Below, piece after piece: positions 50,891-64,000 of a stretch of DNA of 64,000 nucleotides; the first letter of the stretch is position 1; the number at the start of each line of letters is the position of its first letter. The stretch is taken from contig NC_052154.1 of NCBI RefSeq assembly GCF_902713615.1, positions 92,077,030-92,141,029 on the forward strand, given 5' to 3'. The notes under the pieces are model-generated. The model was not told the DNA's origin and ran no database searches. It was given only the letters and a program-made list of their open reading frames with translations. The stretch is from Scyliorhinus canicula. Its lineage: Eukaryota. The position numbers and the translations under genes are program-made.

Positions 50891-53201
50891 GAAAATATGT
50901 ATGTCATTGAAGCCCAGTTCAGATCAAGTGGATATTTAGTATGTATTCGTCATGATAAAATCCCTCAGGCGGTCATAGATGCACAATGTAAATTTAGACA
51001 ACGCCTGCAAGCTAGACCTGGATTAAAGTTTTAGGGCTCTTTGAAGGTGAACCTCAGGATACGTGGTACGGCCAGCACGGATGGGCGAAAATTACACGTG
51101 ATAGAAATACCTGGCAAGCAATCTGAAATAATGGCGTTGTTTCCTTCCAACAGAAAAGAGTTCAGGAACCTAAGGAAAAAAGTTAAGGAAAAAAAGACGA
51201 GCATGTCCCCAAACCTCAAACAGCATATACTTGCTCTCACGATGGAATCCAATGCAGATGTGTAATCGGGCTCCATAGCTACAGAACAGATGATTTAATG
51301 CACACAACACACGGGCCTCTTAGAAAGCGGAGGGAACGAAATAAACTTCATAAAGTTCCTGCAGAGCAGGGAGGAAGGATATTTTTATAGACGATGTATC
51401 AAAAATGAAGGATGGTATTGCATCTTGGTAGACTGTTACTCTGGGGAAGTCAAAAAGACTGCTAGTAGAACTAAGAACAGTTCTGAGTTATTGCACGAGG
51501 TTTGCCAAATAGTTTGATATCACTGAGTACTGTCTAGGGAACACTGTTTGGATGTAATGAACATGAGAGCGGAGCTATCTGAAGAGAAATGTAATTTATA
51601 ATGGACAAAACGCTCAAGTCGGGACCTTTTGCTGTGCACTTAGAACATCACAATTGCAACTTTGCCCAATATAACGACAATTAACACAGCAGGAGTTGTA
51701 CCAGTTGCGTTTCCTGTGTTGCAACCAGCTTGGAACCAATCGTGTAATATTTCGAAGATGCCTTACTTTCTTCAAAGCAGTCTGAAAGGTACTTCCGGTT
51801 TCTAACGTTGGTTCAGACAGATATTTTAATCACGTCTTTTTAAATATTTTTACGGTTTACATAAAGGCAAGTGATACAGTTGAAAGCTAGACTGTTAATT
51901 TGAAGGATATTTTGCAAAGATTAAACATGTTAATATTAACTGTTTTAAGTTGAAATGTAAATTTACGTAATTATGGTTTAATTGAGAGTAACAATGCTGA
52001 AATTTAAGAAGCATCAATAAAGCTAACTAATTGCTCAGCTCATTGAAGTAGTTTGACCAGACGTTTACGCACTTTTAATGCAATCTATAGTACATGGCGC
52101 ATTGTATGGACATTTATATGTGTCGATATTATTGCTGTTCGTTGTGTAATTCCTGTGCCTCAGTGGCTCTTTCCGTGCCCTACTTTCTCGCACACGTTAA
52201 GACAAACAACATGATTCCTCGTTATTATAATGTATTGTTTTGATAAATCTATAAAACTTCACAATTTATAAATTCAGTGAGATCTTGATTACCTGGAGTG
52301 TAAAATTAAAACCCGATCTTGATCTTACTACTGTTGCGTGGTGAAAACGAATTCCGTTTTTGACACAGGTGTTCACTGTGATCCATTAATTGGAAAGACC
52401 ACGTATAACTTCCTGAACACCGCCACATTATTATTCTTGATTCTTTCTTTGTTCTTTATTCTTGAGCATTTGGCTGTTTTAATAAATCTTTGCCGTATTA
52501 ACTCTGGATTGAATGTACCTTGTGCATTTTATTTCTAACTTCCATTCTAAACTTCCTCTTGTTAATTCAAATCCAGTGGTCATGCATCAGACATGTTTAA
52601 TTGTCATTAATTTATATTTTACCTCGCAATTTTCCTTTGCAGCCTTTCTAGTGCAAGCAGAAACTCTTCGTCATATGCTGACCAATAGGGTACCCAGTGC
52701 TCTAACGTTCAAATCGCTAATGTTTTATCACCTTTAGAGTAACTCCAATTCTTTTGAAAATCAAACACAAGTGTTACCGATGTCTCCTGGACTATTTGCT
52801 CTGTTCATTAGAGGATTTGTGGATATGCTTCTCAACACCCAAATATTCATGTGCACTCCTTGGTCATGCAAATAATAATCGCGTGTCCCCATCACTTGCT
52901 TGTCCTCCCCAAATGTATTGTCTCACAACTCTCCGTTTGAATTATACATCTCCCCGATGTGTGCGTTTTAGATTTACGCGATGCTGGGGAGGAGGGGATG
53001 TCTTGGGCGCACGTTCCAGCACCATCCTGTCTAACCACAAACTCAAACCCGATACTGGAGATGGGCGGGAGCAGAAATCAGCAGCAAGCTCGCCCATATA
53101 ATTGCCAATATAACTGTCAAATAGGCGTGTTAATAAACATAGTATAACACAAACATTATAACACAACGCCCACACCATAAACTGTTTACCTCAGATGATA
53201 T

Positions 53202-53520
53202 GGGCGGCACGATGGCACATTGGCTAGCACTGCTATCTCACAGCCCCAGGGGCCCGGGTGCTACTCCGGCCTGGGGTGACTGTCTTCGTCGAATCTGCAC
53301 TTTCTCCCCGTGTCTGAGTGGGTTTCCTCCGGGTGCTCCCGTTTCCTCTTTCAGTCATGGCCCATAGATTGGCCAATGCTCAATTGCCCCTCAGTGTCCA
53401 AAATATTCGGTGGCGTTACGGGGCTAGGGTGGAGGCGTGGGCTTAAGTAAGGTGCTCTTTCCAAGGGCCGGTGCAGATACAATGGTCCGAACGTCCTCCT
53501 TCCACCCTGCTAATTATATG
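53202..53520 (+). mobile_element. V-SINE
   Basis: gggcggcacgatggc head, V core and CR1-type tail. Confidence 0.8.
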
Positions 53521-53737
53521 CGTAAATAGTGCGGCGCCTAGGCCTATTGTTTCACGGGGATTGACCTTTGCTAATCGCCGAGCAAGGCCCTTCGGTTGAA
53601 CACGAACTTCCTTCCTGCCGCTTCCACTCTGAACACCACCCTCAACCTACAACCCCATCCACATGCGAACCACTACCACTCACCACCCCACCCCCATACC
53701 CCCGCGCATCACCACTGCCCTTAACCCTGAGACTTAC

Positions 53738-54000
53738 CTGAACCGTGGAGTGCTGGTCTTTGGGATCTTTCCTTCGATTGCAGTCCAGGCAGCTACCACT
53801 TCCTGCCAGGACTGATGGAGTTGCCTGCCAATTAGATCATAGTTGTAGAGGGCGGGACCTCAGTCCCAATTAGACCTGTCGCGGTTGAATACTGCTGGGA
53901 TGCCGGACACACTATAGGTCCAATTCACTCCGCCGTATTTTGAGTGGGGAGGGAGGAAAGCCATGTGACGCACCTAGACGCTAACACCCACCACGCAGTC
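53738..54000 (-). promoter_or_regulatory. Candidate TATA-less promoter and non-coding first exon
   Basis: Consensus donor CAG|gtaagt at 53738/53737 on the minus strand. ETS core CACTTCCTG at 53797-53805, CCAAT at 53828, 53866 and 53920, GC box GGGCGGG at 53850-53856. Non-repetitive and CpG-containing, with no ATG between the ETS site and the donor. Confidence 0.4.
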
Positions 54001-54569
54001 CACTGATGTCCCTTTTCTCGCCAGTTGGTGTAGCGTTGCATCTTGACACAGTTAGGACGTTTATCTTTCACTATCACTATCAACAGCACGGGCGTTTTTG
54101 TATAATGTGTCTCATTCTGAATTATTTTCACTATTTCTAAGAATAGATTATTGCTACTTACGTCGATAAGGAAAGGATCTCGTACGAATCCCTGTGGGAT
54201 CTCCATGGAAAGACCCGTGAGGTCAAAACTAAAATGGTTATGATTATTTTCAATGAGTGGTAGGTGCATTCCAGTTCCCTTGGATTCAATGAGTTTTTAG
54301 TTCTCTCGCCGGTCAAATGTTTCTTGAAATACACGTCGCCAATGTCATCAATCGCTTCAGCGTTCCTTGTTACTTCCTCGAAAACATCAATCAATTTTGC
54401 CAAATGCGCATTCCCATAACCCAACTCTCTGATTGCCTTTAATACACCCGTGTCATTCCAAAAGACAATGGTAATGCGCACCACAGAAAGTTTCCAATCA
54501 TTTGCTGGTCAGCTAGATTAGCCGGAGGGGTCTGCCACTGCTTCTTGGATTTTACAACAATGGTACAAT

Positions 54570-57500
54570 CCAAAGAACAAAGAACAATACAGTGCAGTAA
54601 CAGGTCCTTCGGCCCTCTGTCCCTGTACCGGTCATGATACTAACCTTTGAAAAAACCCTCAGATCTTAAACCAATGTCCCCTTGTTACTGACCCTTCCAC
54701 CCTAGCAAAGAGTGCCTGCCCCTCAACTTTATCCGTGCCCCTCATCATCTTTCAGACCTCTATCAAGTCACCCTTCAACCTCCGTCATTCTCATGAAAAC
54801 AGTCCGAGTCTATTCAGCCTCTCCATATACCTAACACCCTCCAGTTCAGGCAACATCCTGGTAAACCTCCTTTGCACCCTCTCCAAAGCTCCACATCTTT
54901 CTGATAGTGTGGTGAACAGAATTGTGCGCAATATCTCATGTGCGGCCTTACCAAGGTTCTATACAACTGTAGCATTATTTGCCAGTTTTTATACTCGATG
55001 CCCGATCTAATGAAGGCAAGCACTGCATATGCTTTCTTGACTCCCTTGTCCACTTGTGTTGCCACCTTGAATGATCTATGGACATTCACACGCAGATCTC
55101 TCTGACTTTCTATATTGCTAAGAGTTTTGCCATTTACGGTATATTTCCCCTCTATGTTAGACCTACCAAAATCTATTACTGCATGTAAGCGGTACCATAT
55201 TCCTCCAGCAAATCCCAATGGCGAAAGAGTATTGAAAACTGATGTTTGGATCCTCTGCTCTTTTCTCTATTGTGTCTCTTAACAGCCAAGTACATATTCT
55301 ATCCTCACATCACGGTTCTCTGCACCTACGACTGATCCTTAATTTAATTACTCATTTCATCTTTCAACCAACAGATCCTCAATAGCTATCTTTACTAGAT
55401 TGTGTCTACATTTCCATCACTTTCATGATCATTATTTATACCGAACAGAAGTCATGGTAAATATAAAACTGAGAGCAGGCATCCCAAATGGCTCGTTACT
55501 CGTCATTATTATATACTTTCCCTCGGCAGTTTGAGAGAAAAGAACAATGGTTACAGCTGTTTTCAGTTTTCCATGTCTTAGCTTGATATTCATGTTGTAA
55601 TTGTAAATGTATTCCATGGTTTACAATGATTCCCTAAGATTTTTGCCATTTATAATGTACTTCCCCTCAATGTTAGTCTTACCAAAATGCATTACCTAAC
55701 ATTTGTCTGGATTAATCTCCATTTGCCATTTCTCTGCCCTTTTTTCCAACTTATCTATGTCTTGCTGTATCCTCTGACAATCCTCAACACTATCTGTCAC
55801 TGCAACAACTTGTGTGTCATCTAAGAACTTACTAATCAGGCCAGCTACATTTTCGCCAAAACCGTTTATGTATTCTACAAACAACAAAAGCCCCAGCACA
55901 GATCCCCGTGGAACACCATAAATCACGATAATAACCTTTGCCAAAACACCATTCATAAAAACACCCTTCCATTGGTATCCTTTGCCTTCTGTGACCGAGC
56001 CAGTTCTGTGTCCATATTACCACTCTTTTCCTGTTTGACTTCACCTTTTGTACCAGTCTGCCATGAGGCACCTTGTCAAAGGCTTTACTTAAGTCCATGT
56101 AAACAACATCCACCACCCTTCCCTCATCAATAATATTTGTGACCTCCTCGGAGAACCTGATCAAGTTAGTGAGGCACGATCTCCCCTTCACAAATCCATG
56201 CTGTCAATCGCTAATGAGTCCATTTGTTTCCAAATCGGTGTAAATCCTGTCCCTGACAATTCTCTCCAATAATTTACCTACTACCGACTTGAGGCTTACT
56301 GGCGTATTGTTTCCTGGATTATCACTATTATCTTTCTTAAACAGGGATACCACATTAGCTATTCTCCAGTCCTCTTGGATATCACCTGTAGCCAATGTGG
56401 ACGCAAAGCTACAAGATCACTTCTTACCTTGCTTCCCTCAGTATTCTGGGGTAAATCCCATCCGGCCCAGGAGACCGATCATCCTCAATGTATTTTAAAA
56501 GACTCAATACTTCCTCATTTTTGATGTCAACATGACCGAAAAATGTCCCTCAACCCAAGAATCATCTTTGGCAAAGTCCTTTACTTTGATGAACACTGAT
56601 GCAAAGTACTCATTTGGTACCTCACCCATTTCTTCTGGCTCATCACACAGATTCCCTTACTGTTCTTAAGTGGCCCAATCCTTTCCCTGGCCACACCGTT
56701 GCTGTTTACATATGAATAAGAAATCTTTGGGATTTACCTTAAACCTACTTGCCAAGTACTTTTCATGGCCCCTCCTAGCCATCCAAATTTCGGAGTTGAC
56801 TACCTTCCTACTTTCCTTATATTCCTCAAGGGTTTCGACTGCTCCCCCCCCCCCCCACCCCATCTTTTTCGTTTTGTCGAGATTCACAATATCCCTAGTT
56901 ATTGAAGATTCCCTAAACTTCCCAAACATATACTTCATTTTCTCAAGAACATGACTTTCCTGAATCCTAATCAATTGTCGCTTGAAAGACTCCCACGTGT
57001 CCGATCTTGATTTACCCTCCAACAGCCGGGCCCAATCCAAATCCTTCAATTCGTGTCTAACGTTATCTTCATTTGCCTTTCCACCATTTAGCATCTTAAC
57101 CAGAGGGTTTCCCTCATCCCCATCCAAAAGTACCCAAAAACATGTTGATTTGTGTTCACTAATCCCAAAATGTTCCCCTACTGAATCCTCAACCACCTGT
57201 CCAGGCTTATTCCCCAATACTAGATGCAGTACTGCCCCTCTCCGAGATGGACTATCTAAATATTGCATCAATAAGCCTTCCTGGATACACATTAGAAATT
57301 CTGCCCCATCCAAGTCCCTAGCACTAGGTGAGGCCAAGTCAGTGTAGGGGGAATTAAAATCCCCTACAACAACAACCCTGCTACTTTTGCACCTATCCAA
57401 AATGTCTTTACCTATCTGCTCATCTATCTCTCTCTGGCAGTTGGGGAGCCTGTAATAAACGCCCAACATTGTGATTGCCCCTTCCTGTTCCTGAGCTCGA

Positions 57501-58450
57501 CCCAGATGAGCCCTCCGCGGTGGCCTCCCACAGTAAGGCTATAATATTCTCCACAACCAGTAATGCTATTCCCCCACCCCTTTTACATCTGCCTCTATCT
57601 CTCCTGAAGAATCTATATCCTCCAACGTCCAGCTGCCAATCCTGCCATTCCTTTAACCACCTTTCTGTGATATCCACAACAGTCCAAGTACTAGTATGTG
57701 ATCTACGTTCATATGCCTTACCTGCTATACTTGTGGCGCTGAAACAATTACACTGCAAAATACTGTATTTGAGCAGACAGTTTGATATTGCTCTCGTATT
57801 TGTGTTCTCTATTTACACTTTAGATATTACACCTTCCAGGCTAATGCTCTGCTTCCCACCCGCCGGCCATCCTAGTTTAATTCCTCCCGAATGACTCTAG
57901 CAAACCTACCAGCCAATATATTGCTACCCCTCTAGTTTAGATGCAACACGTCCATCTTCTACAGGTCACACCTGCCCCAGAAGAGATCCCAGTGGTCCAG
58001 GAATCTGAAACCCTCCCTCTTACACCGGCAGTTTAGCCACATCTTTAGCTGCACTATCCTATTTCCAGCCTCACTGTCACGTGACACAGGGAGTAATCCT
58101 GAGAGTACAACAGTAGAGATCCTGATTTTTAGACTGCTGCCTAACTCCTTGTACTCCTTATGCAGGAGCTCATCACTCCTCCTGCCTATGGTGTTCTTAC
58201 CAATGTGTACTACGACCTCTGGCTGTCCACCAACCCCCTGCAAGACGTTCTGTGTTCATTTAGAGATGTCTTTTGCCCTGGCACCAGGAGGGCAACATAC
58301 CATCCTGGAGTCTCTTACACGTCCCCAGAAGCCCCTCTCTGTGCCCCTTCCTACACAGTCCCCTATAACTATCACTCTCCAACACTTTTCCCTCCCGTGC
58401 TGAGCAACAGAGCCAGTTGTATTACCACGACTGTTATTTCCCCCTGATAG
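54570..58450 (-). mobile_element. Fragmented CR1 LINE(s): 3' RT pieces, endonuclease 56666-57758, ORF1 esterase 57900-58450
   Basis: ORFs 54814-55218, 55696-56191, 56204-56395, 56666-57469 (VVVVGDFNSP), 57959-58243 (VVVHIGKNTIG) and 58256-58492 (VIVIGDCVGRG). Confidence 0.85.
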
Positions 58451-58454
58451 GCCA

Positions 58455-59810
58455 GGGGATTGGAGAGTGGCGAATGTCGTGCCCCTGTTCAAAAAAGGGA
58501 ATAGGGATAACCCTGGGAATTACAGGCCAGTTAGTCTTACTTCTGTGGTAGGCAAAGTAATGGAAAGGGTACTGAGGGATAGGATTTCTGAGCATCTGGA
58601 AAGACACTGCTTGATTAAGGATAGTCAGCACGGATTTGTGAGGGGTAGGTCTTGCCTTACAAGTCTTATTGACTTCTTTGAGGAGGTGACCAAGCATGTG
58701 GATGAAGGTAAAGCAGTGGATGTAGTGTACCTGGATTCAAGTAAGGTTCTCCATGGTAGGCTTATGAAGAAAGAAAGGAGGCATGGGATAGTGGGAAATT
58801 TGGCCAGTTGGATAACGAACTGGCTAACCAATAGAAGTCAGAGAGTGGTGATGGATGGAAAATATTGAGCCTAGAGCCCAGTTACCAGTGGTGTACCGCA
58901 GGGATCAGTTCTGAGTCCTCTGCTGTTATTTGATTTTCATTAATGACTTGGATGAGGGAGTTGAAGGATGGGTCAGTAAATTTGCAGATGATACCAAGAT
59001 TGGTGGAATTGTGGATAGTGAGGCGGGCTGTTGTCAGCTGCAAAGAGACATAGATAGGATGCAGAGCTGGGCTGAGACGTGGCAGATGGAGTTTAATCCT
59101 AACAAGTGTGAGGTTGTCCATTTCGGAAGGACAAATATGAATGCTGAATACAGGGTTATCGGTAGAATTCTTGGCAGTATAGAGGAGCAGAGCGATCTTG
59201 GGGTCTATGCTCATAGATCTTTGAAAGTTGCCACTCAAGTGCATAGAGCTGTAAAGAAGGCCTATGGTGTTCTAGCGTTCATAAACAGAGTGATTGAGTT
59301 TAAGAGCTCAGAGGTGATGATGCAGCTGTACAAAACCTTGGTAAGACCACATTTGGAGTACTGTGTGCAGTTCTGGTCACCTCATTTTAGGAAGGATGTG
59401 CTGCTTTGGAAAAGGTGCAAAGGAGATCTACCAGGATGTTGCCTGGAATGGAGAGTAGGTCTTACGAGGAAAGGTTGAGGGTGCTAGGCCTTTTCTCATT
59501 CGAACGGAGAAGGGTGAGGGGCGACTTTATAGAGGTTTATGAGATGATCAGGGTAATAGATAGAGTAGACAGTCAGAGACTTTTTTTCCCGGGTGGAACA
59601 AACCATTACAAGGGGACATAAATTTAAGGTGAATGGTGGAAGATATAGGGGGGATGTCAGAGGTAGGTTCTTTACCCAGAGAGTAGTGGGGGCATCGAAT
59701 GCACTGCCTGTGGAAGTAGTTGAGTCGGAAACATTAGGGACCTTCAAGCGGCTATTGGATAGGTACATGGATTATGGTAGAATAATGGAGTGTAGATTAA
59801 TTTGTTCTTA
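58455..59810 (+). mobile_element. CR1 LINE 3' part (RT)
   Basis: ORFs 58467-58868, 58930-59478 (FADD), 59406-59621 and 59593-59811. Close to the reverse complement of about 1060-2420. Confidence 0.92.
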
Positions 59811-59811
59811 A

Positions 59812-60112
59812 GGGCAGCACGGTAGCATTGTGGAAAGCACAATTGGTTCACAGCTCCAGGTTCCCGGGTTCTATTCTTGCTTCGGTCACTGTCTGTGTGG
59901 AGTCTGCACATCCTCCTCGTGTTTGCGTGGGTTTCCTCCGGGTGCTCCGGTTTCCTCCCACAGTCCAACGGTGTGCAGGTTGGCTGGATTTGCCATGATA
60001 AATTGCCCTTAGATTATCATAGAATTTTGAACACTATGATTAAACTATGATTAAACTGGGACAACATCGTGGGCTGAAGGACCTGTTCTGTGCTGTATTT
60101 CTCTATGTTCTA
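59812..60112 (+). mobile_element. HE1-like V-SINE
   Basis: gggcagcacggtagc head, V core and tail. Confidence 0.85.
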
Positions 60113-60498
60113 CAGGTTATCCCCCCCCCCCCCAACGGTATCCAAAACGGTATGCGTATTAGAGAGGGGGACAGCCACAGGGGATTGCTGCATTGACTCC
60201 TGCCCCCTTCTAGCTTTTACCCATCTATTTGCCCGCACCTCCCTTAGGTGTGACCATGTCTCTATAACTCCTATTTATGATGCTTTCTGCCACCTTCATA
60301 TTCCTTAGAGCATCCAACTGCTGCACCAACCGAACCACGTGGTCTGTGAAAAGCTGCCATTGGTGACACGCCCTGCAGGCGTAGTCAACCACAACACTGC
60401 AAGTGTCACAGACCTCCCATATCTCACAGTTAGAGCACTGGGTGACATTTATGTGCTACTTAATTAATTGAAAATAAATACTTACATTATTTTTCGAT

Positions 60499-63400
60499 GA
60501 ACATAGAACATAGAACATAGAACGATACAGCGCAGTACAGGCCCTTCGGCCCTCGATGTTGCACCGACATGGAAAAAAAAAACTAAAGCCCATCTAACCT
60601 ACACTATGCCCTTATCATCCATATGCTTATCCAATAAACTTTTAAATGCCCTCAATGTTGGCGAGTTCACTACTGTTGCAGGTAGGGCATTCCACGGCCT
60701 CACCACTCTTTGCGTAAAAAACCCACCTCTGACCTCTGTCCTATATCTATTACCCCTCAATTTAAGGCTATGTCCCCTCGTGCTAGCCACCCCCATCCGC
60801 GGGAGAAGGCTCTCGCTGTCCACCCTATCTAACCCTCTGATCATTTTGTATGCCTCTATTAAGTCACCTCTTAACCTTCTTCTCTCTAACGAAAACAACC
60901 TCAACTCCATCAGCCTTTCCGCATAAGATTTTCACTCCATACCAGGCAACATCCTGGTAAATCTCCTCTGCACCCGTTCCAAAGCTTCCACGTCCTTCCT
61001 ATAATGAGGCGACCAGAACTGTACGCAATACTCCAAATGCAGCCGTACTAGAGTTTTGTACAACTGCAACATGACCTCATGGCTCCGGAACTCAATCCCT
61101 CTACCAATAAAGGCCAACACACCATAGGCCTTCTTCACAACCCTATCAACCTGGGTGGCAACTTTCAGGGATTTATGTACATGGACACCGAGATCCCTCT
61201 GCTCATCCACACTACCAAGGATTTTACCATTAGCCAAATATTCCGCATTCCTGTTATTCTTTCCAAAGTGAATCACCTCACACTTCTCCACATTAAACTC
61301 CATTTGCCACCTCTCAGCCCAGCTCTGTAGCTTATCTATGTCCCTCTGTAACCTGCAACATCCTTCCGCACTGTCTACAACTCCACCGACTTTAGTGTCG
61401 TCTGCAAATTTACTCACCCATCCTTCTGCGCCCTCCTCTAGGTCATTTATAAAAATGACAAACAGCAACGGCCCCAGAACAGATCCTTGTGGTACGCCAC
61501 TCGTAACTGAACTCCATTCTGAACATTTCCCATCAACTACCACTCTCTGTCTTCTTTCAACTAGCCAATTTCTGATCCACATCTCTAAATCACCCTCAAT
61601 CCCCAGCCTCCGTATTTTCTGCAATAGCCGGCCGTGGGGAACCTTATCAAACGCTTTACTGAAATCCATATACACCACATCAACTGCTCTACCCTCGTCT
61701 ACCTGTTCAGTCACCTTCTCAAAGAACTCGATAAGGTTTGTGAGACATGACCTACCCTTCGCAAAACCATGCTGACTATCCCTAATCATATTATTCCTAT
61801 CTAGATGATTATAAATCGTATCTTTTATAATCCTCTCCAAGACCTTACCCACCACAGACGTTAGGCTCACCGGCCTATAGTTACCGGGGTTATCTCTACT
61901 CCCCTTCTTGAACAAAGGGACCACATTTGCTATCCTCCAGTCCTCTGCCACTATTCCTGTAGCCAATGATGACCTAAAAATCAAAGCCAAAGGCTCAGCA
62001 ATCTCTTCCCTGGCTTCCCAGAGAATCCTAGGATAAATCCCATCCGGCCCCGGGGACTTATCTATTTTCACCTTGTGCAGAATTGCCAACACTTCTTCCC
62101 TACGCACCTCAATGCCATCTATTCTAATAGCCTGGGTCTCAGCATTCTCCTCCACAATATTATCTTTTTCTTGAGTGAATACTGACGAAAAGTATTCATT
62201 TAGTAAATCGCTTATCTCCTCAGCCTCCACACACAACTTCCCACCACTGTCCTTGACTGGCCCTACTCTTACCCTAGTCATTCTTTTATTCCTGACATAC
62301 CTATAGAAAGCTTTTGGGTTTTCCTTGATCCTACCTGCCAAAGACTTCTCATGTCCCCTCCTTGCTCGTCTCAGCTCTCTCTTTAGATCCTTCCTCGCTT
62401 CCTTGTAACTATCAAGCGCCCCAATTGAAACTTCATGCTTCATCTTCACATAGGCCTCCTTCTTCCTCTTAACAAGAGATTCCACTTCTTTGGTAAACCA
62501 CGGTTCCCTCGCTCGACCCCTTCCTCCCTGCCTGACTGGTATGTACTTATCAAGAACATGCAATAGCTGTTCCTTGAACAAGCTCCACATATCCAGTGTG
62601 CCCAACCCTTGCAGTCTACTTCTCCAACCAACACATCCTAAGTCATGTCTAATGGCATCATAATTGCCCTTCCCCCAGCTATAACTCTTGCCCTGCGGGG
62701 TATACTTATCCCTTTCCATCACTAACGTAAAGGTCACCGAATTGTGGTCACTGTTCCCAAAGTGCTCACCTACCTCCAGATCTAACACCTGGCCTGGTTC
62801 ATTACCCAAAACCAAATCCAATGTGGCCTCGCCTCTTGTTGGCCTGTCAACATATTGTGTCAGGAAACCCTCCTGCACACATTGTACAAAGAACGACCCA
62901 TCTAATGTACTCGAACTATACCTTTTCCAGTCAATATTTGGAAAGTTAAAGTCTCCCATAACAACTACCCTGTTACTTTCGCTCTTTTCCAGAATCATCT
63001 TCGCCATCCTTTCCTCTACGTCCAAAGATGTGCGGGTTAGGTGGATTGGCCATGCTAAATTGCCCGTAGTGTAAGGTTAATGGGGGGATTGTTGGGTTAT
63101 GGGTATACGGGTTACGTGGGTTTAAGTGGGGTGATCATTGTTCGGCACAACATCGAGGGCCGAAGGGCCTGTTCTGTGCTGTACTGTTCTATGTTCTATG
63201 TTCTATCCCTAGAACTATTAGGTGGCCTATAGAAAACTCCCAACAGGGTGACCTCTCCTTTCCTGTTTCTAACCTCAGCCCATACTACCTCAGAAGAAGA
63301 GTCCCCATCTAGCATCCTTTCCGCCACCGTAATACTGTCCTTGACTAGCAGCGCCACACCTCCCCCTCTTTTGCCCCCTTCTCTGAGCTTACGAAAACAC

Positions 63401-63960
63401 CTAAACCCCGGAACCTGCAACAACCATTCCTGTCCCTGCTCTATCCATGTCTCTGAAATGGCCACAACGTCGAAGTCCCAGGTACCCACCCATGCTGCCA
63501 GTTCCCCTACCTTATTTCGTATACTCCTGGCATTGAAGTAGACACACTTCAAACCACCTACCTGAACACTGGCACCCTCCTGCAAAGTCAAATCTGTGCT
63601 CCTGACCTCTATACTCTCAATCTCCCGTACCCCAAAACTACAATCCAGGTTCCCATGCCCCTGCTGAATTAGTTTAAACCCCCCCAAAGAGCACTAACAA
63701 ATCTCCCCCCCAGATTAAGTTACAATTAACTGTGTGGTTCCTGGCGCTAGATTTCTACTATAAAATTAAATACTAAATACTAATCTCTGCCCTCAGGTTT
63801 AGTTACTCCTCTGCCGAGTTAAGTAATTAGTTTTAATTAGTTTTTGCAATGAGTTTTTTTCTCAAATGTAACACAGATTCCCCACCAACCAATCAGGTCA
63901 CCGCTATGCTGTGACGTCACTTCTCAGTTTTGTTCCCCCCACAATTTGAAAACACAGAGG
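60499..63960 (-). mobile_element. Young HER1-like CR1 LINE, ORF2 nearly intact, ORF1 apparently missing
   Basis: ORF2 = 63196-63687 + 60932-63025 + 60599-60910, broken only by a SINE insertion (63020-63204) and one TGA at 60932. Tail (agaacat)n at about 60500-60525. 5' UTR-like sequence at about 63870-63960 matches 27720-27770. Confidence 0.95.
63020..63204 (+). mobile_element. 5'-truncated HE1-like SINE inserted in the CR1 endonuclease
   Basis: gtccaaagatgtgcggg...ttctatgttct. Removing it restores NSSRD|VEER in frame. Confidence 0.92.
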
Positions 63961-64000
63961 GACACAGACACAAATACCACTTACCTTCTCAGACTGCACT

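Noticed and set aside
51030-51700. Lys-rich ORFs 51031-51276 and 51041-51265
   Set aside because: They resemble a decayed CR1 ORF1 esterase region, not a host gene.

Overview
Vertebrate genomic DNA, almost certainly from a cartilaginous fish (shark). This is inferred from HE1/V-SINE-type SINEs that share their 3' tail with HER1/CR1-type LINEs. Most of the window is transposon sequence: many nested CR1 LINEs, several SINE families, a Gmr1-like Gypsy LTR element (SCAN-type gag, integrase before RT, 4-bp TSD), a MULE DNA transposon with TIRs and a 9-bp TSD, and an old RTE remnant. The one host gene I can build is on the minus strand at 47985-42126. It has four exons joined by phase-1 splice junctions (leader, V domain with a germline-encoded J-like GxG strand, C1-set domain, transmembrane exon with an Arg and a very short tail) and gives a predicted 269-aa protein. 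Its architecture resembles an antigen-receptor chain that needs no rearrangement (VJ-C1, NKp30/NCR3-, SIRP- or PRARP-like). The TM exon has an in-frame TGA 7 nt before a strong phase-1 donor, and candidate cytoplasmic exons lie downstream, so the tail may have been truncated secondarily. No prokaryotic features (CRISPR, rRNA, operons) were seen. TE boundaries without a stated TSD are approximate.
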